A DNA stretch of 62,857 nt, filler included, from Basidiobolus meristosporus CBS 931.73 (taxonomy: Eukaryota > Fungi > Basidiobolomycota), in NCBI GenBank assembly GCA_002104905.1. It is 3 parts of 3 records of this genome, joined end to end, with 100 filler letters (N's around TTAATTAATTAA, not from the genome) between each part and the next. Parts side by side here need not be neighbours in the genome. Positions count along the whole stretch, not along the records: positions 1 to 16,843 come from MCFE01001108.1; 2 more parts are not named here. One strand, 5' to 3'. This document shows, piece by piece, positions 1 through 13,149 of this stretch (position 1 is its first letter; each line of letters begins with the position of its first letter). A model generated the notes under the pieces. It saw nothing but the letters and a program-made list of their open reading frames with translations. It ran no database searches and had not been told where the DNA came from. A program made the translations under genes and the position numbers.

Positions 1-1012
1 GAATACCATACAGTCTTCAAAGCACAACAGCAGTGCTCACACATAAAGTACACAGAGAAACCAATCACAGCAATGGAGGGAGAGACAGTGATGTCTTTAC
101 TCAAGCCAGAAATCAAAAGATATTGAAGATCCTTGAAGCTGCTAAGTGCAATGATGAAGACTGCGCCAATATCCATATATATTTATGCAACAATACAAAT
201 GCAAGTACTGGATGAGCCAGACATGTATTTATTCAAGTGACCCACTAAATTGACTCCTGCTCAGAGTACATTGGAAGCATTGGGAGTCATATGCTGCCAT
301 TAGAGAAATTTTATCCAGAAGTGGATCACAATACTAACTTCACACATCTGCAGATTTTATGCAAGGAGCATATTGTGATTTGAGTGACCATTCTACAAGC
401 ATAAAGCTGATCACATAGATCTCTACTGCTACAGTATCCAATCTCTACTCCATCTTCCTTAGTGTGTGGAGAATAATGGGTCTTGCTTCACCTTTTGGGA
501 GTTTCCTATGGAGCAAATTTGTGGGGAAATAGGAAGACAAGTCAGTTGCAAGTGCCACCATATCCCAATCTCATCAATATCATTACTTTTAGGTCCATCA
601 TTGATGAGATGAGTTGGTGCATGGAGGACAGTCAGAAATAGTTAGAGAATACTGAGGATATATGCACATATGGAGACACCTAAGCCTTTGGCATTAAGAA
701 GATAGACAGCCTTAATGCATGGGTAATCAATTAAGTAATGCAAACATGGATTGGATATAGCACACAACCAACTCTTATTAGCACAACCTTACTACAGTAT
801 GCCAGGTTTCCCTTGGCTACAGGCCAGTTTCTACATCATGCAATAAAGAACTCATACAGACTACAGCCACAGTATACCTACAAGGGGAACTAGTAGAGAG
901 CAGGGAGAAGCAATATATTGGTTAGGTACCAAAATATTTTTTGCAAATATTCAAGAGTTACTCATGCCATAAGGGGCAACAACCAAGCATATGTTTGCAA
1001 GAAGCATATAAT
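1..1012 (+). pseudogene. Decayed C-terminal part of a Tnp2/CACTA-like transposase
   Basis: Aligns by eye with 57020-57870 and, inverted, with 59650-60500. For example 481-545 encodes a CFTFWEFPMEQICGEIGRQV-like motif. Many stops and frameshifts. Confidence 0.8.
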
Positions 1013-1063
1013 AGACTTTTTCCATTGGGGAGTGCCAATTAGTGCCATTGCGTGTCAGTGATT
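1013..1063 (+). mobile_element. Isolated PHIS-family terminal sequence
   Basis: AAT|AGACTTTTTCCATTGGGGAGTGCCAATTAGTGCCA matches the ends at 33300, 34529 and 55861 (AGACTTGTTCCATTGGATAGTGCCA). Tnp2 homology stops at this point. Confidence 0.6.
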
Positions 1064-2863
1064 ATTTATCCATGACCTTCGCCCAGGTGATAATTTACCC
1101 ATGACCCTGGCCCAGGTGATAATTTATCCATGACCTTGGCCCAGGTGATAATTTATTCATCACCTTGGCCCAGGTGATAATTTACCCATGACCTTGGCCA
1201 AGGTGATAATTTATCCATGACCCTGGCCAAGGTGATAATTTATCCATGACCCTGGCCAAGGGGATAATTTATCCATGACCTTGGCCCAGGTGATAATTTA
1301 TCCATGACCTTGGCCAAGGGGATAATTTATCCATGACCCTGGCCAAGGTGATAATTTATCCATGACCTTGGCCCAGGTGATAATTTATCCATGAACCTGG
1401 CCCAGGTGATAATTTATCCATGACCTTGGCCCAGGTGATAATTTATCCATGACCTTGGCCAAGGTGATAATTTATCCATGACCCTGGCCAAGGTGATACT
1501 TTATCCATGACCTTGGCCCAGGTGATAATTTACCCATGACCTTGGCCCAGGTGATAATTTACCCATGACCTTGGCCAAGGTGATAATTTATCCATGACCC
1601 TGGCCAAGGTGATAATTTATCCATGACCTCGGCCCAGGTGATAATTTATCCATGACCTTGGCCCAGGTGAAAATTTATCCATGACCCTGGCCCAGGTGAT
1701 AATTTATCCATGACCTTGGCCCAGGTGATAATTTATCCATGACCTTGGCCCAGGTGATAATTTATCCATGACCTTGGCCCAGGTGATAATTTATCCATGA
1801 CCTTGGCCAAGGTGATAATTTATCCATGACCTTGGCCCAGGTGATAATTTACCCATGACCTTGGCCCAGGTGATAGTTTATCCATGACCTTGGCCCAGGT
1901 GATAATTTATCCATGACCTTGGCCCAGGTGATAATTTATCCATCACCTTGGCCCAGGTGATAATTTATCCATGACCCTGGCCAAGGTGATAATTTATCCA
2001 TGACCTTGGCCCAGGTGATAATTTATCCATGACCTTGGCCCAGGTGATAATATATCCATGACCTTGGCCCAGGTGATAATTTACCCATGACCTTGGCCAA
2101 GGTGATAATTTATCCATGACCTTGGCCCAGGTGATAATTTATCCATGACCTTGGCCCAGGTGATAATTTACCCATGACCTTGGCCAAGGTGATAATTTAT
2201 CCATGACCCTGGCCAAGGTGATAATTTATCCATGACCTTGGCCCAGGTGATAATTTATCCATGACCTTGGCCCAGGTGATAATTTATCCATGACCTTGGC
2301 CCAGGTGATAATTTATCCATGACCTTGGCCCAGGTGATAATTTATCCATGACCTTGGCCCAGGTGATAATTTATCCATGACCTTGGCCCAGGTGATAATT
2401 TATCCATGACCTTGGCCCAGGTGATAATTTATCCATGACCTTGGCCAGGTGATAATTTATCCATGACCTTGGCCCAGGTGATAATTTATCCATGACCTTG
2501 GCCCAGGTGATAATTTATCCATGACCTTGGCCCAGGTGATAATTTATCCATGACCTTGGCCAGGTGATAATTTACCCATGACCTTGGCCAAGGTGATAAT
2601 TTATCCATGACCTTGGCCAGGTGATAATTTATCCATGACCCTGGCCAAGGTGATAATTTATCCATGACCTTGGCCCAGGTGATAATTTACCCATGACCTT
2701 GGCCAAGGTGATAATTTATCCATGACCTTGGCCCAGGTGATAATTTATCCATGACCTTGGCCCAGGTCATAATTTATCCATGACCTTGGCCCAGGTGATA
2801 ATTTATCCATGACCCTGGCCAAGGTGATAATTTATCCATGACCCTTGCCAAGGTGATAATTTA
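1064..2863. repeat. Tandem satellite, 29-bp unit ATTTATCCATGACCTTGGCCCAGGTGATA, about 62 copies
   Basis: Head-to-tail units with no spacers, 1800 bp / 29. Three 28-bp units near 2441, 2556 and 2613. Confidence 0.98.
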
Positions 2864-5800
2864 ACTAAGCTTAGCACATGTTACATTTTATCCTGTACTA
2901 TACTCTATTGTGGTGCAGTAATTGGTTGTATCTTTTCTGACACAATTTTGGCTCACTGTAGTCAGTGGTGCTAAATGTTGCAGACATATATGGATAATTC
3001 TATTTTGGACAAGTAGATTGAGCTTCTGAGGTCTAAAACCTAGCTAAAAGGCATGAGGTCAACAGGGACTGTAGCTTAAGACACCAAACCATTATACCTG
3101 GGTAATTGCACACAAAACTTGATATTTTTGATGGAGCCACACTGTGCCTGCAAAGTTGACAACTTCTAAGGCATGCCAAATACACCATATTCTTAGCCTA
3201 GTCAACCAATAAATGATGACTGTCTGCATGTTTCTTTAAGCAGCTATGATATTTTATTCTATGCAGAAGTGTTAAGATTTATTTTATGCTATATTGACCC
3301 AAGAACATGATCACTGGGAATATCTGGCTGAATTAGCCCGCTGAAACTGAACTCAGTAAATAAGAATACCTACTGTTTGACAAACAACATTGCAGATATG
3401 CATAATGGACTGCTAGGACAAGATTTAAATAATCATGTCAGTGGAGCAATTAGCAGATTGTATGTGCACAAAAAGCTGCTTTATTTGACTGCTGGGTGAC
3501 TGTCCATAACTCTACTCATCATTAACTCCACTGTGTGGTGAACAAGGAGAGCCAAGTAGCCATAGTTGACCAAAGATTGCAGACACAATGAAAGATGAAG
3601 TCAGACAGCCAAGAACACACCAGCACTGCAAAAATAGTAAGAGGCATATGATACAGTACTAAAAGGGCACTAGGTGTTACCTAGAGATTTGATTAGATTA
3701 TATCACCACATGTATAGACAGCTTGAAATTTAGTAGTGCCAGGAGGCAATATAGGGAAGGAGTTTAGCCCCTCATAAATAGCAACATTGAAAAGTGTCAC
3801 ACCATGCCAAATTGAACTTACTAAATTACAAATAAGGTAGGAATATATTATGTAACAAGATGGAGCTTCCAGGGTGAAACTTCAGCTTGCTAGACTGGCT
3901 GACAGTGCAGGGCCATCAATTTATTGTTGATGACAGAGAAGAGACTGTGGAAATCCACTTCTGCTTTGATGGCAGGCACAACCAAAATCTATTGCTTGGA
4001 TGTATTAGTCATAGGGGTATAAAATCAACTCACAGGTGATTATGTTGAGTCCGTTAGCATTTAAATGGGACCAAATAAGTCAGTGGTGTTAGTCAGCAGA
4101 TACACCAAAAGATTACTATCAGACCAAAACAGCAATATATGCAGCATCCAACAAAGTGATTAGGAGAAGTAGTACATCCACACTAAATCTGGTAATGCAC
4201 ATTCAAGCAGCTGCTGAGGTGTCAATACCAAATGATCTTGATCATTACTACATGACATCAGCTAAACTTTTTTTACCTAAATATTTCATGTATGGGTATC
4301 TGAAACATTGTTTTCACTAACTTTTGACTGGAAACTGTATTAGCATTGTTGCCATGGCATATCCATATTAAAGTCAAAAGTTTCAAAGTCAGCAATAGGG
4401 AAAGTGTCAATAGGGACATGGTTTTGCTGATGGCCAAAGGCCACTTATTACAAAAAAGCAACGTATGCAAATCAGTATGATGTGTAAAATAGGTCACATA
4501 TACACTCATCTTCAACAGGACTTGATTTAAAAATATCTAAAAAGAACAGAATTATAGAGGAATTGCTTTATACATTGGTGAAGCAAATTTTGATACTATG
4601 CAGGGCCCATAAATACTGTATATTGGAAGATGAGGGCTTTATGCTGGTTTTTAACCTTGCCCAAAAAATACATACAGAGCACTTAATCAAAGGATTCTGG
4701 TAAACTAAATGGACCTAAGCCTACTTTGTCAACAGAAGGTAACCTATACACTGGGATCAATACATGCAAAAGTGCTATCAGTATCTACACCCTAGGTAGT
4801 TGAGTCAATAACTAGATAACCTGCTCTGTTGATTCTCTGTATTGATAGGTAGGAAGGTGCCTTACAGAGCTATTAGTCACAAAAAGTGCCACAGAGGGCC
4901 AACAGGAAATACATTCACAACAAATGTAGCATGCTGAGAAGTAGGGCTTTACATTTTTGTAAAATGAAGCAATTCTGCCTAACTGCTTAGAAATATATAC
5001 TTCTGAGCCATAGTGGAATAATAAGAATGACTGCACAGTCAAGACAAATACTATGATCTTGTATATGCCAAGCCTTGTTGCCGGTTGCTGAAGTAAAATA
5101 ATAAATATATGCCATTTTGCTGCTTCACCAATCCATCCTGTTACTTAATGAGCACTTGATTGGTTGCACTTTGAAGTTATTCTAGAATAATGGTGCCAGA
5201 TGGCACTGGTGTATGTGAATACTATCATATATTGTATTTATACATGCCAGGTTGTTGATGCCAGCTATCAATGGCTTTGTACCTAGGATTTTTGTAACAA
5301 ATCCTTAGGAAAGTGTGCTCCTCTGAGCGGTATCAGTGTTACTAATGCTGATTAGTGGTCAAAGAGTGAATTCCATCAGATCAATAACAATTTCAGTAGT
5401 TGGTTGATACAAGTTAGTATATCCACTTTTTGGTGTATGGTCTTACTTGGTTCTTTTCTATAATATCCATGAGCACTTGGTTAGTGCAATATCTAGTATA
5501 GCCATTGAGCATACAGTTTTAGCCTACTTGAGTACTCTTCTGATATATTCAATTAGAGGTGCCTAGTCAAGTTGAACAGAGAACTCATTTACAGAGAAAT
5601 AAACATCTCAAGTAAGAAGTTGCATATAGCTACAGTTAAAAGAGATTTGTCAGTAGTAATTGTTGAAACTTGAAGGTATGGTCTGTCAGAGCTCTATATG
5701 CCTATATATAGTTCAAAAAAATTAGGAGCATATATCAAAGTCTGGCAACAATTTGGTAGATACACTACAGGTTGAGCCCTCATTGTTGTCATAGCACTGA

Positions 5801-8800
5801 TGCTGTAAAATGGTGGCAGGTCAGCATGAACACTTTTAGAACCACTGTGTCAGTGGCTGTTATAAGCTTTATGCACCAAGTGTTATCTTCCCAAATAGTG
5901 ATAACTTCACTACACATGGATATTGTCAAACTAAACACTTTTTTATCAGTAAGTGCTTGGAGGCTCTGAATTGATGGAATACCTGGTATCTTTCAGCTAG
6001 TTTGATCTGGCAAAGACGTATGTATATTAATTATATATGCAAGGCATAAACTTACAGAGTGATAAGTACTTAAAACTCTAGTGCTTGAGCTTTAAATGGT
6101 AGTATATGCAAAGTGGGATAAGTCTTGATGCTCAACCTGTAACGTAGCTCTATAGACCAGAGTACATGGTCAAGTTTATACAACTAACAATAAAGTCATC
6201 TCAGTCATCTAATTCTGACTGAACATTGTTAGTTGCGCAATGCAAATTAGCTATAAGGTAAATCTTAACAATGAGAATGCTTCAAACTTAGTGAAGGTTT
6301 GCTTACTCTTCCTCTGGCATTTGTTGTCAGTGGGGTAGCATTTGCATGTAGTAATAACAGCCACATGGGCTTTTGCTAAATCTGGAATACATCTTAAGCA
6401 TGGATTTGGTCCCACTATAGAGTTAAGTCTCTGAATCCTGACATATCTTAACAAAACATGATACAAGGCATATGGCTTCTGTTTGCAGCTGAAGGCTTGA
6501 GCCTCAATCCTGCAAGACTGATGACATATTCTGAAGATCTGTATGGCCCAGTTGCTGCTGCAAAGATTCAGATAAACTCTTATACCAGCTTAAACTACAA
6601 CATTTGATGCCAGATGCTGCCATTTGAGCTTTGAAATTATTCTTTTGATAATTGTATACTCCATATATGCTGTATTGCAGAATCCTTAGATTTAAAACAC
6701 TGCCCCAATTACAATAGTAACTGCAATACTGAAAGACACATATCTTCTAGAGGTCAGCACCTTTATATTCAGCCTTGTCCCAATGCAGTGATGTTCATGT
6801 TTAGGCATTGAGGGTTTCAATCTGCATTAAGATAGCATATAGTAGCTTAGCCACATAGCATTGAAACAATGCACCCTGGACCAAAGGCACTGCAAAGTGA
6901 TTATCCCTGCTGGTGAGGTTTGTTTCCAAGTAATTTATTTGGCACAAAGGGTAGAGCTTAAGACTCTCCCCACCTTAACCTAATTGATAAAACAGCCTAG
7001 TCACTAACAATCTCCCCTTTGTCCTATGTCACCATACAAATTGTTAACAAAATAGTTAATGGAGTAAGCTCATCTGCACAGGACTGGCATATGGGTAAAG
7101 TGAGTGAGTGGTGATGGTATGAGGAGATCCTAGTATTGCACAATTTGGGACCCACTTGTTGGGCAGTGCCAACCAAATTACTTGGTGTGTTATGCTGATC
7201 TGAATATTGTTGCTAAATGCAGTCTTCCATGCCAACAGAAGAATTGCTAATATCAGAGGCATATAAAAGCTATAGATTGGTCAATATGAAGTGTATTGAA
7301 ACAGCAATCATTACTGGAGGCCCTGAGGTGAGATATTACCTCAGGGTGTGGTAAAACATCAAGTGGATATATGGGCTTGAAATGCACTGGCATTGTGTGC
7401 TCATGAGCTCATATGAAATGATTTCATATTGTTGCAAACTGCACTAACAAGGGGTGGTGACACTTTAGGACAAGAAGTTTAGTTCTTGCACAAGTGTCTG
7501 ACTATATAAATACTATCTTTAGGTCTTTGAATGATTCAATATTCAAATAATGCTCACATTGAAAATACTAAATTAATGATAGCAAGGAGCAATTTTCTGA
7601 GCCAACATGGCTTTGTATTGCAACACTTCATTGTTCATTGAGAAGCATCCTTCAGTTGTGTAACTGCAAGTAGCATATGCCTCTTGAATGATGAATAGAG
7701 AGCTGTCAGCTGCATCCATAATAATGACTTACAGGGATTCTGTACTTAATATGAATGTACTGAGAAACACTTTGGGCAATAGTTAGAATATGTATCAAAG
7801 GAAACTTGCAGCACAAACAGATGCATGCCACTGCCTGCAAACACTCACACCAAAGTAATATATTGATTCAACATGTTGCCAATAGTTCAGTTTATAGCCA
7901 GTTGTGGCAGAAATAAATGGTAAAATGCCTCATGTGAGCTGTGTAGCAGTGCACAGATTGGTTTAGCATCTGAAAATGAACATTAAACAATCATGTATCT
8001 TGTAAACAACTTACTCAGTAGTTTAGTGTTGTCTAATCAGGCTTATGCTGCTGCTAATGTGACAGTGTAAATCTTGCACTCAGCACCTAGTGGCTGGGGA
8101 AAAATACACACTTGATAGTTTCTGATTGCTTATACAGATCAAGTGGTGAGAATGACCTCAGACAGGGCAGCCACCTCAGCTGGCAGCAATCTGTCAAACA
8201 AGCCCACCATTATTTTAAATTAAACAACCATATCCTGAATGATGCAACTGACATTGTAAGCATAAGTATCTGCGTGAACTGCAACTCTAAAGCTAGTACA
8301 TATTTAGCAGGTAAGAGCCAAATAGTCATAATCCTAAGCTTGCCCTAGTATATGCTAAGCACATAAAACAGTGGTAAATGAACATTTTGGGTGTTCTTAA
8401 ATATTTAAGCAGAAACAAGGCATGCAAGCCACTATGACACTTAAATAGGGTACCTTTAACAAGCTGCCAGTGTTACTTAAGGCATGACAAAGGCCCAAAG
8501 TACTCAGGCTATAACAAAGCCCACTAAGCTCTTGAAATGACTGCAAAACTCAATAAATCACTGGTACAACCTAAAGAGATATGCATCAGAAATGGTAAGG
8601 TTAAACTTGTTGTGAAAGAAAAATGGATGCTTTGATCATTTTGCTTGGCAATGCTACACTCACAGATATGGTGATATTAGCATCTGCACAGGTGGAGAGG
8701 ACAGGTATGTGACTAACTAGCAGCTGCATTTGGGCCACCTGGTCTTTTCTAACACTAGTCTGTGATCTTTCTGGTAGCTGCTACTACCTGAGCATTTCAG

Positions 8801-9924
8801 ACTTTGCCAGAAACACTGTTTTAACTGATAATTGGTATGCTTGAAAGGTTGCAATTTACCTTGTACTTACAATTGCAATTCTATATTGGAGTGCAAGGTA
8901 ATAAAGGCACTGCATTTCATGAACCAAAGGATATGATATTGTTTAGATGCTCTCTGCAGACAAAGTGGTGCCTGAGATGGCACAACTTAGCCAGATTACC
9001 GGCCTCAGGAGAGTTTTGAATCCATGTCACTTAATTTAAATAAATAGGGGGCTGGAACATGCCACCTAGGAGCATGGCATAAGCATTGGCTAGTGAGGTC
9101 TCTGACATTTTTTGAACAGCAGTTGCATTTGAGCCATGTAAACAAGGATATTGACCAGTACACTGGGTGCTCCTCTGGTGATATTTTGTAAGTGGTGTTG
9201 AGGCTGCTTATCAAACTGTCAGGTCTATAACTACTTCAGCTCTATACAACACTTGGGCATTATTTGCTTCTAATTGTCAAGTTTAAAACTACCAATAGAA
9301 GAAGGTGTACAGTCTTCACATTGACTGTTCTTTCAACCTGCACATGCTTTGCATAAAGCTAACTTTATACATGCATAGTGCAAGAGTTATGGTTGTCTCA
9401 CTTAAGAATCCACAGTTACTACTAAGTTACTGGACTGATGGGTATCAATCAGCAGCTGCCTAATTACTTGACATTCTGACACTAGTCTTGGTCACTCTGG
9501 AACTCATTTATAGTCCCTGCTTAGTCTGTCTCTCTCATAATTTTAGTACTGTGATTACTCTGTTAATGTTGAAAATGAATCAGCAACACCATCAGGTATT
9601 ACATGTCAGCCCCTAAGGTACTATATAATGCTTATGGACATTGAGCACTCTTATAACTTTTATTACCTATGTGTCAGTTCTACAAAGAAAATGATCCTGT
9701 TCTTCTTGGTGGGAAATCAACAGTTCCACTCTTAGCACTAGTTTGCTAGTTCTTGACATTTGACACAATAGTCAAATTGCAGTTAGCTGTAAGCTTTGAT
9801 TGCATTGATCTACTCTAAATATGGTTTTACCAAAGAACAAGAGTACACAAATATATGCCATGCAAAGGAGAGATCTGATGGCAAGAATTTCAGACTCTGA
9901 GGGTTTGAGATGCTTGTACCAAAT

Positions 9925-12888
9925 GCTACATTTGTATTATTTCTGCAATAATAAAACTACTGAGCTACTTTATAAAGTAGCAGCAGTTCCACTTTCTCCA
10001 CTATTCCTCTGAGAGCCTCTTATATTTAAGACACCTCTTAGATTGCAACAGGTTGTGATTATAATCGCCTTGATTTATTCTAGCTATGGCTTTTATCAGC
10101 CAACAGAATAACTTCTCACTTCAGTTAATCAAGATACAGATCTTCCTTAATGATAAATAACTTTTGAATATAGTAGCAGACAAAGAAGTTGAAACGCAAG
10201 ATACTTGCAGAGAAAGCTCAGAATATCAATGACACTATGGATACGGAAGAGAAGATACTCTATCTACTTTGTAGCTTACCAGGCAAGTGCATTCCACTAA
10301 TACTTTTTTTAAGACAGAGAAGCCTATTGGACCTAAGAGAATGTCACATGAAGACTTTTTTTGGAGTACTCAAACATAATGACCATGCAGACAAAATCTA
10401 TGAACACACCCTATTCAGCTAAGAAAGGCTGACAGAAAAGAAAGGAAAGCAACCATACCAAACATAAAATGTTTATTGCAACCACTGCCAGAATCTCAGT
10501 AAAGAGTTTGCAAGAAGAAATAAGAGGACAAAAAACACAAACATGAATAAGCAAGCCATGTAGCTACAGTAGTCAGCCAAGTGTCACAGTCCCTGCTGGT
10601 GTATATTACTATGGTGTTTGATAAAATATTGATTTTGGAGCTTCACAGTATATCTGTGGTATGAAGGAGTGGATATGTACCTTATTAAATATTCCTTAAC
10701 AGAGGTTTACCTAGTTGACAACACTGTGCTGGATGATACTGCTAATGGGTGTGTACAGCAAAAAACAAGTAATGATGCAAGGGCCAAGATGGCCAAACTG
10801 ACAGTGGTAGTCTTTGCCCCTGGAATAGCCAAGGCCTACTCTGGTGAGTAAAGCAGTTACTCAAGGACTAAAGTTTGTGTTACCAAGCTTAGCAGCGCAA
10901 TTATGAGTCATGAAAGACAAAGATTGGCTCTGTGGGGTGCAGAGCATAATATGCACAAGTTACAATACAAGATTAAGTGTAACCAAGTTGGTCATTATTG
11001 CTAAAACCAGGGATATGACACAATAACTTGTTATAGAAAGCAAGGACACATTGGACAACAGATGGTCAACCAATAGGTGAAAAATCAACTGGCTATAGGC
11101 CAAAAATACTCATTTCCAACCAAACTGAGTGTCTGGAATTGATGTTCATGTGCCAAACAAGCTAGGGACAGTTACAAGCTTCAGGGCATTAGTGCCACTG
11201 GAATATTAGCTATTGCACACAGAGTTACTTTACAGTAACACAAACTGAGTCTAAATCTAAGGTTCATTGATTCCATGTTGAAGGGAACTGTATTGAAAAG
11301 CTTGCAAAGTACTACTTGACTAATGAAACATTGCAAACACCACCATTTCTGATACTACTCAACAAATAGAGTAATAGAATGTGCAAGCACAACAAAGTTG
11401 ATAGGGGAAGATCTAGTTTATATGTTAAGGCAATGGACTCCATGTTTTTGGCTCAATATGGTCTTAACTTTGAAACTTCAGCAATAGTACCCAACAGCAG
11501 TGCTGCATGGCACTACACTCTTTGAATTTTATGCTGACAAAAAGCAGTACTTGAGTGTTTTTAAATCCATGGTAGTGGTGTTGACAACTGTACTCACTCT
11601 GAATACTCACTAATTGAACATCAGCACTGCTTTTTGAACAGGGAGCTGCAAGAAACTAAATTTCACAGAAACATGGTGATTACCAGTCCAATGACCTGTA
11701 CTAGGGTGCAGATTCATGCAATTGTTGTATGCAATTAAACCTGCACCTAGAGCATTCTTATAGATGATAAACACCTAACTATAGAAGATTGAGCCCAAGC
11801 ACTGTAAACTACAGTGTGTATTTGAGCCAACTGTGAAAGTTTATAAACTTCCACTTTCAAAGAGTGAAAGATAGCTTAATGTACTAAAGGGCATCTACGC
11901 ATCCAATTACCACAGTGGCCGTGGAAATATTGAACTAGTACATGTTAAATAATGGAAATAGTCATATTCCAGCAGCTAAGCAAAGTTTCAGGTATCACCC
12001 TGTGTTTAATAAATATGGTGATGGAATACTCAAGAGCAACTAATAGGCAGACTTGGATTTTAATAATAGTTCCAATTGAGAAGGGATCTGTTTGATAATG
12101 GCTTCACCACTAGGTCAGCATTTCTGTACAATGGTGTAGCTGTCACCTGGAATTGCAAGAAACAGCCCACTCTAGCACTCTCTATAACTACAGCAGAGTA
12201 TATAGCTGCTTAACAAGCAGATAAGGAGGTTGAATGGTGCTAAAAATTACCCAGAGACCTATTCTCAGGTTGAGATGAACCAATTTTTTTCAAGGATAAT
12301 AAGAGCTGCGCTTTATTGGCTAGATATCACCTTAGTCGTACCAGCACTAAGCATATTTATACACAGTTTTGCTTTCTGAGGGAGGCTGCAAAATAACTTA
12401 AAAGATTAATGAGCTGCTGAATAATAAGTTGGCTGCAGAAATTTTGATGAGCACTTATCTGGGCCACAGTCTGGGTGCACAAAGCAAGATTTGGATCATG
12501 AACTAAATTGTTCAGGGGGAATGCCAAAATACTGGGGTATTTCACATCATTCAGCATCTAATGCTTACGTAATGCTCTTGCTTTAGTACTAGTCTCTGCA
12601 AAACAGATTACAGCCTGTGATTTGCCTTTTCCTCTTAGATCCATGATACTGTGACCTCTTCCCCATTGTCAAAATAAAATTAATATGGTTGCCAAATACA
12701 AAGTACCAACCCTGAAACTTTCAAAATATGCTTTTGGCTGTTGAAAAGCCCTTTCAACTCAGTATTGGAGTTGTACTACTTTTACAAAGGTGCAAATACT
12801 GTGCTTCTGCATGAGTAATCAATAGCTTCAGTATCATGGCTATCTTGTAGAAAGTTCCAGATATCCAACACACCTCACATATTTAGCA
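9925..12888 (+). mobile_element. Ty1/copia family B, oldest copy (B0), heavily decayed with most of RT deleted
   Basis: The recognisable end of the 5' LTR finishes in GATTGCAACA at 10050, followed by GGTTGTGA. Gag, protease (DSGAS-like at ~10630), integrase and RNase H (CKKQPTLALS at ~12150) relics follow. A GGGGGA polypurine tract precedes a ~367-bp 3' LTR (12522-12888) that aligns with the reverse complement of 39543-39911. Confidence 0.8.
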
Positions 12889-13149
12889 GTGTTTCATACC
12901 ATCTAGTTGTTAGATCTTATTGCACTACCAGCATAGAGTGGTCATACCAGCTAAGTAACACTAGTCACCAAGATAGTTTCAATATACTTGATTGAGCTTG
13001 CCAACATGATTACCTTAAAGTTGACTTTGAGCTCCAGTATAGTGCCTTAGAGTTGTATCCTGTTCAGTTATAACCTACCAATTATATGACCAGCCACAGA
13101 CACATATGTTTCTCTTTGAGTATATGATATCTTACCTCTTTGAATCTCA

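Noticed and set aside
1064-2863. CRISPR array, telomere or coding repeat
   Set aside because: No unique spacers or cas genes. The array is internal, not a G-rich telomeric motif, and the 29-bp period with TGATAA prevents a long frame.
7321-7346. Hairpin CCCTGAGGT-N8-ACCTCAGGG
   Set aside because: A single 9-bp stem with no context, expected by chance in 63 kb.
5600-9250. Non-LTR retrotransposon RT call
   Set aside because: Only loose motif echoes with the wrong spacing. Not supportable as a feature.
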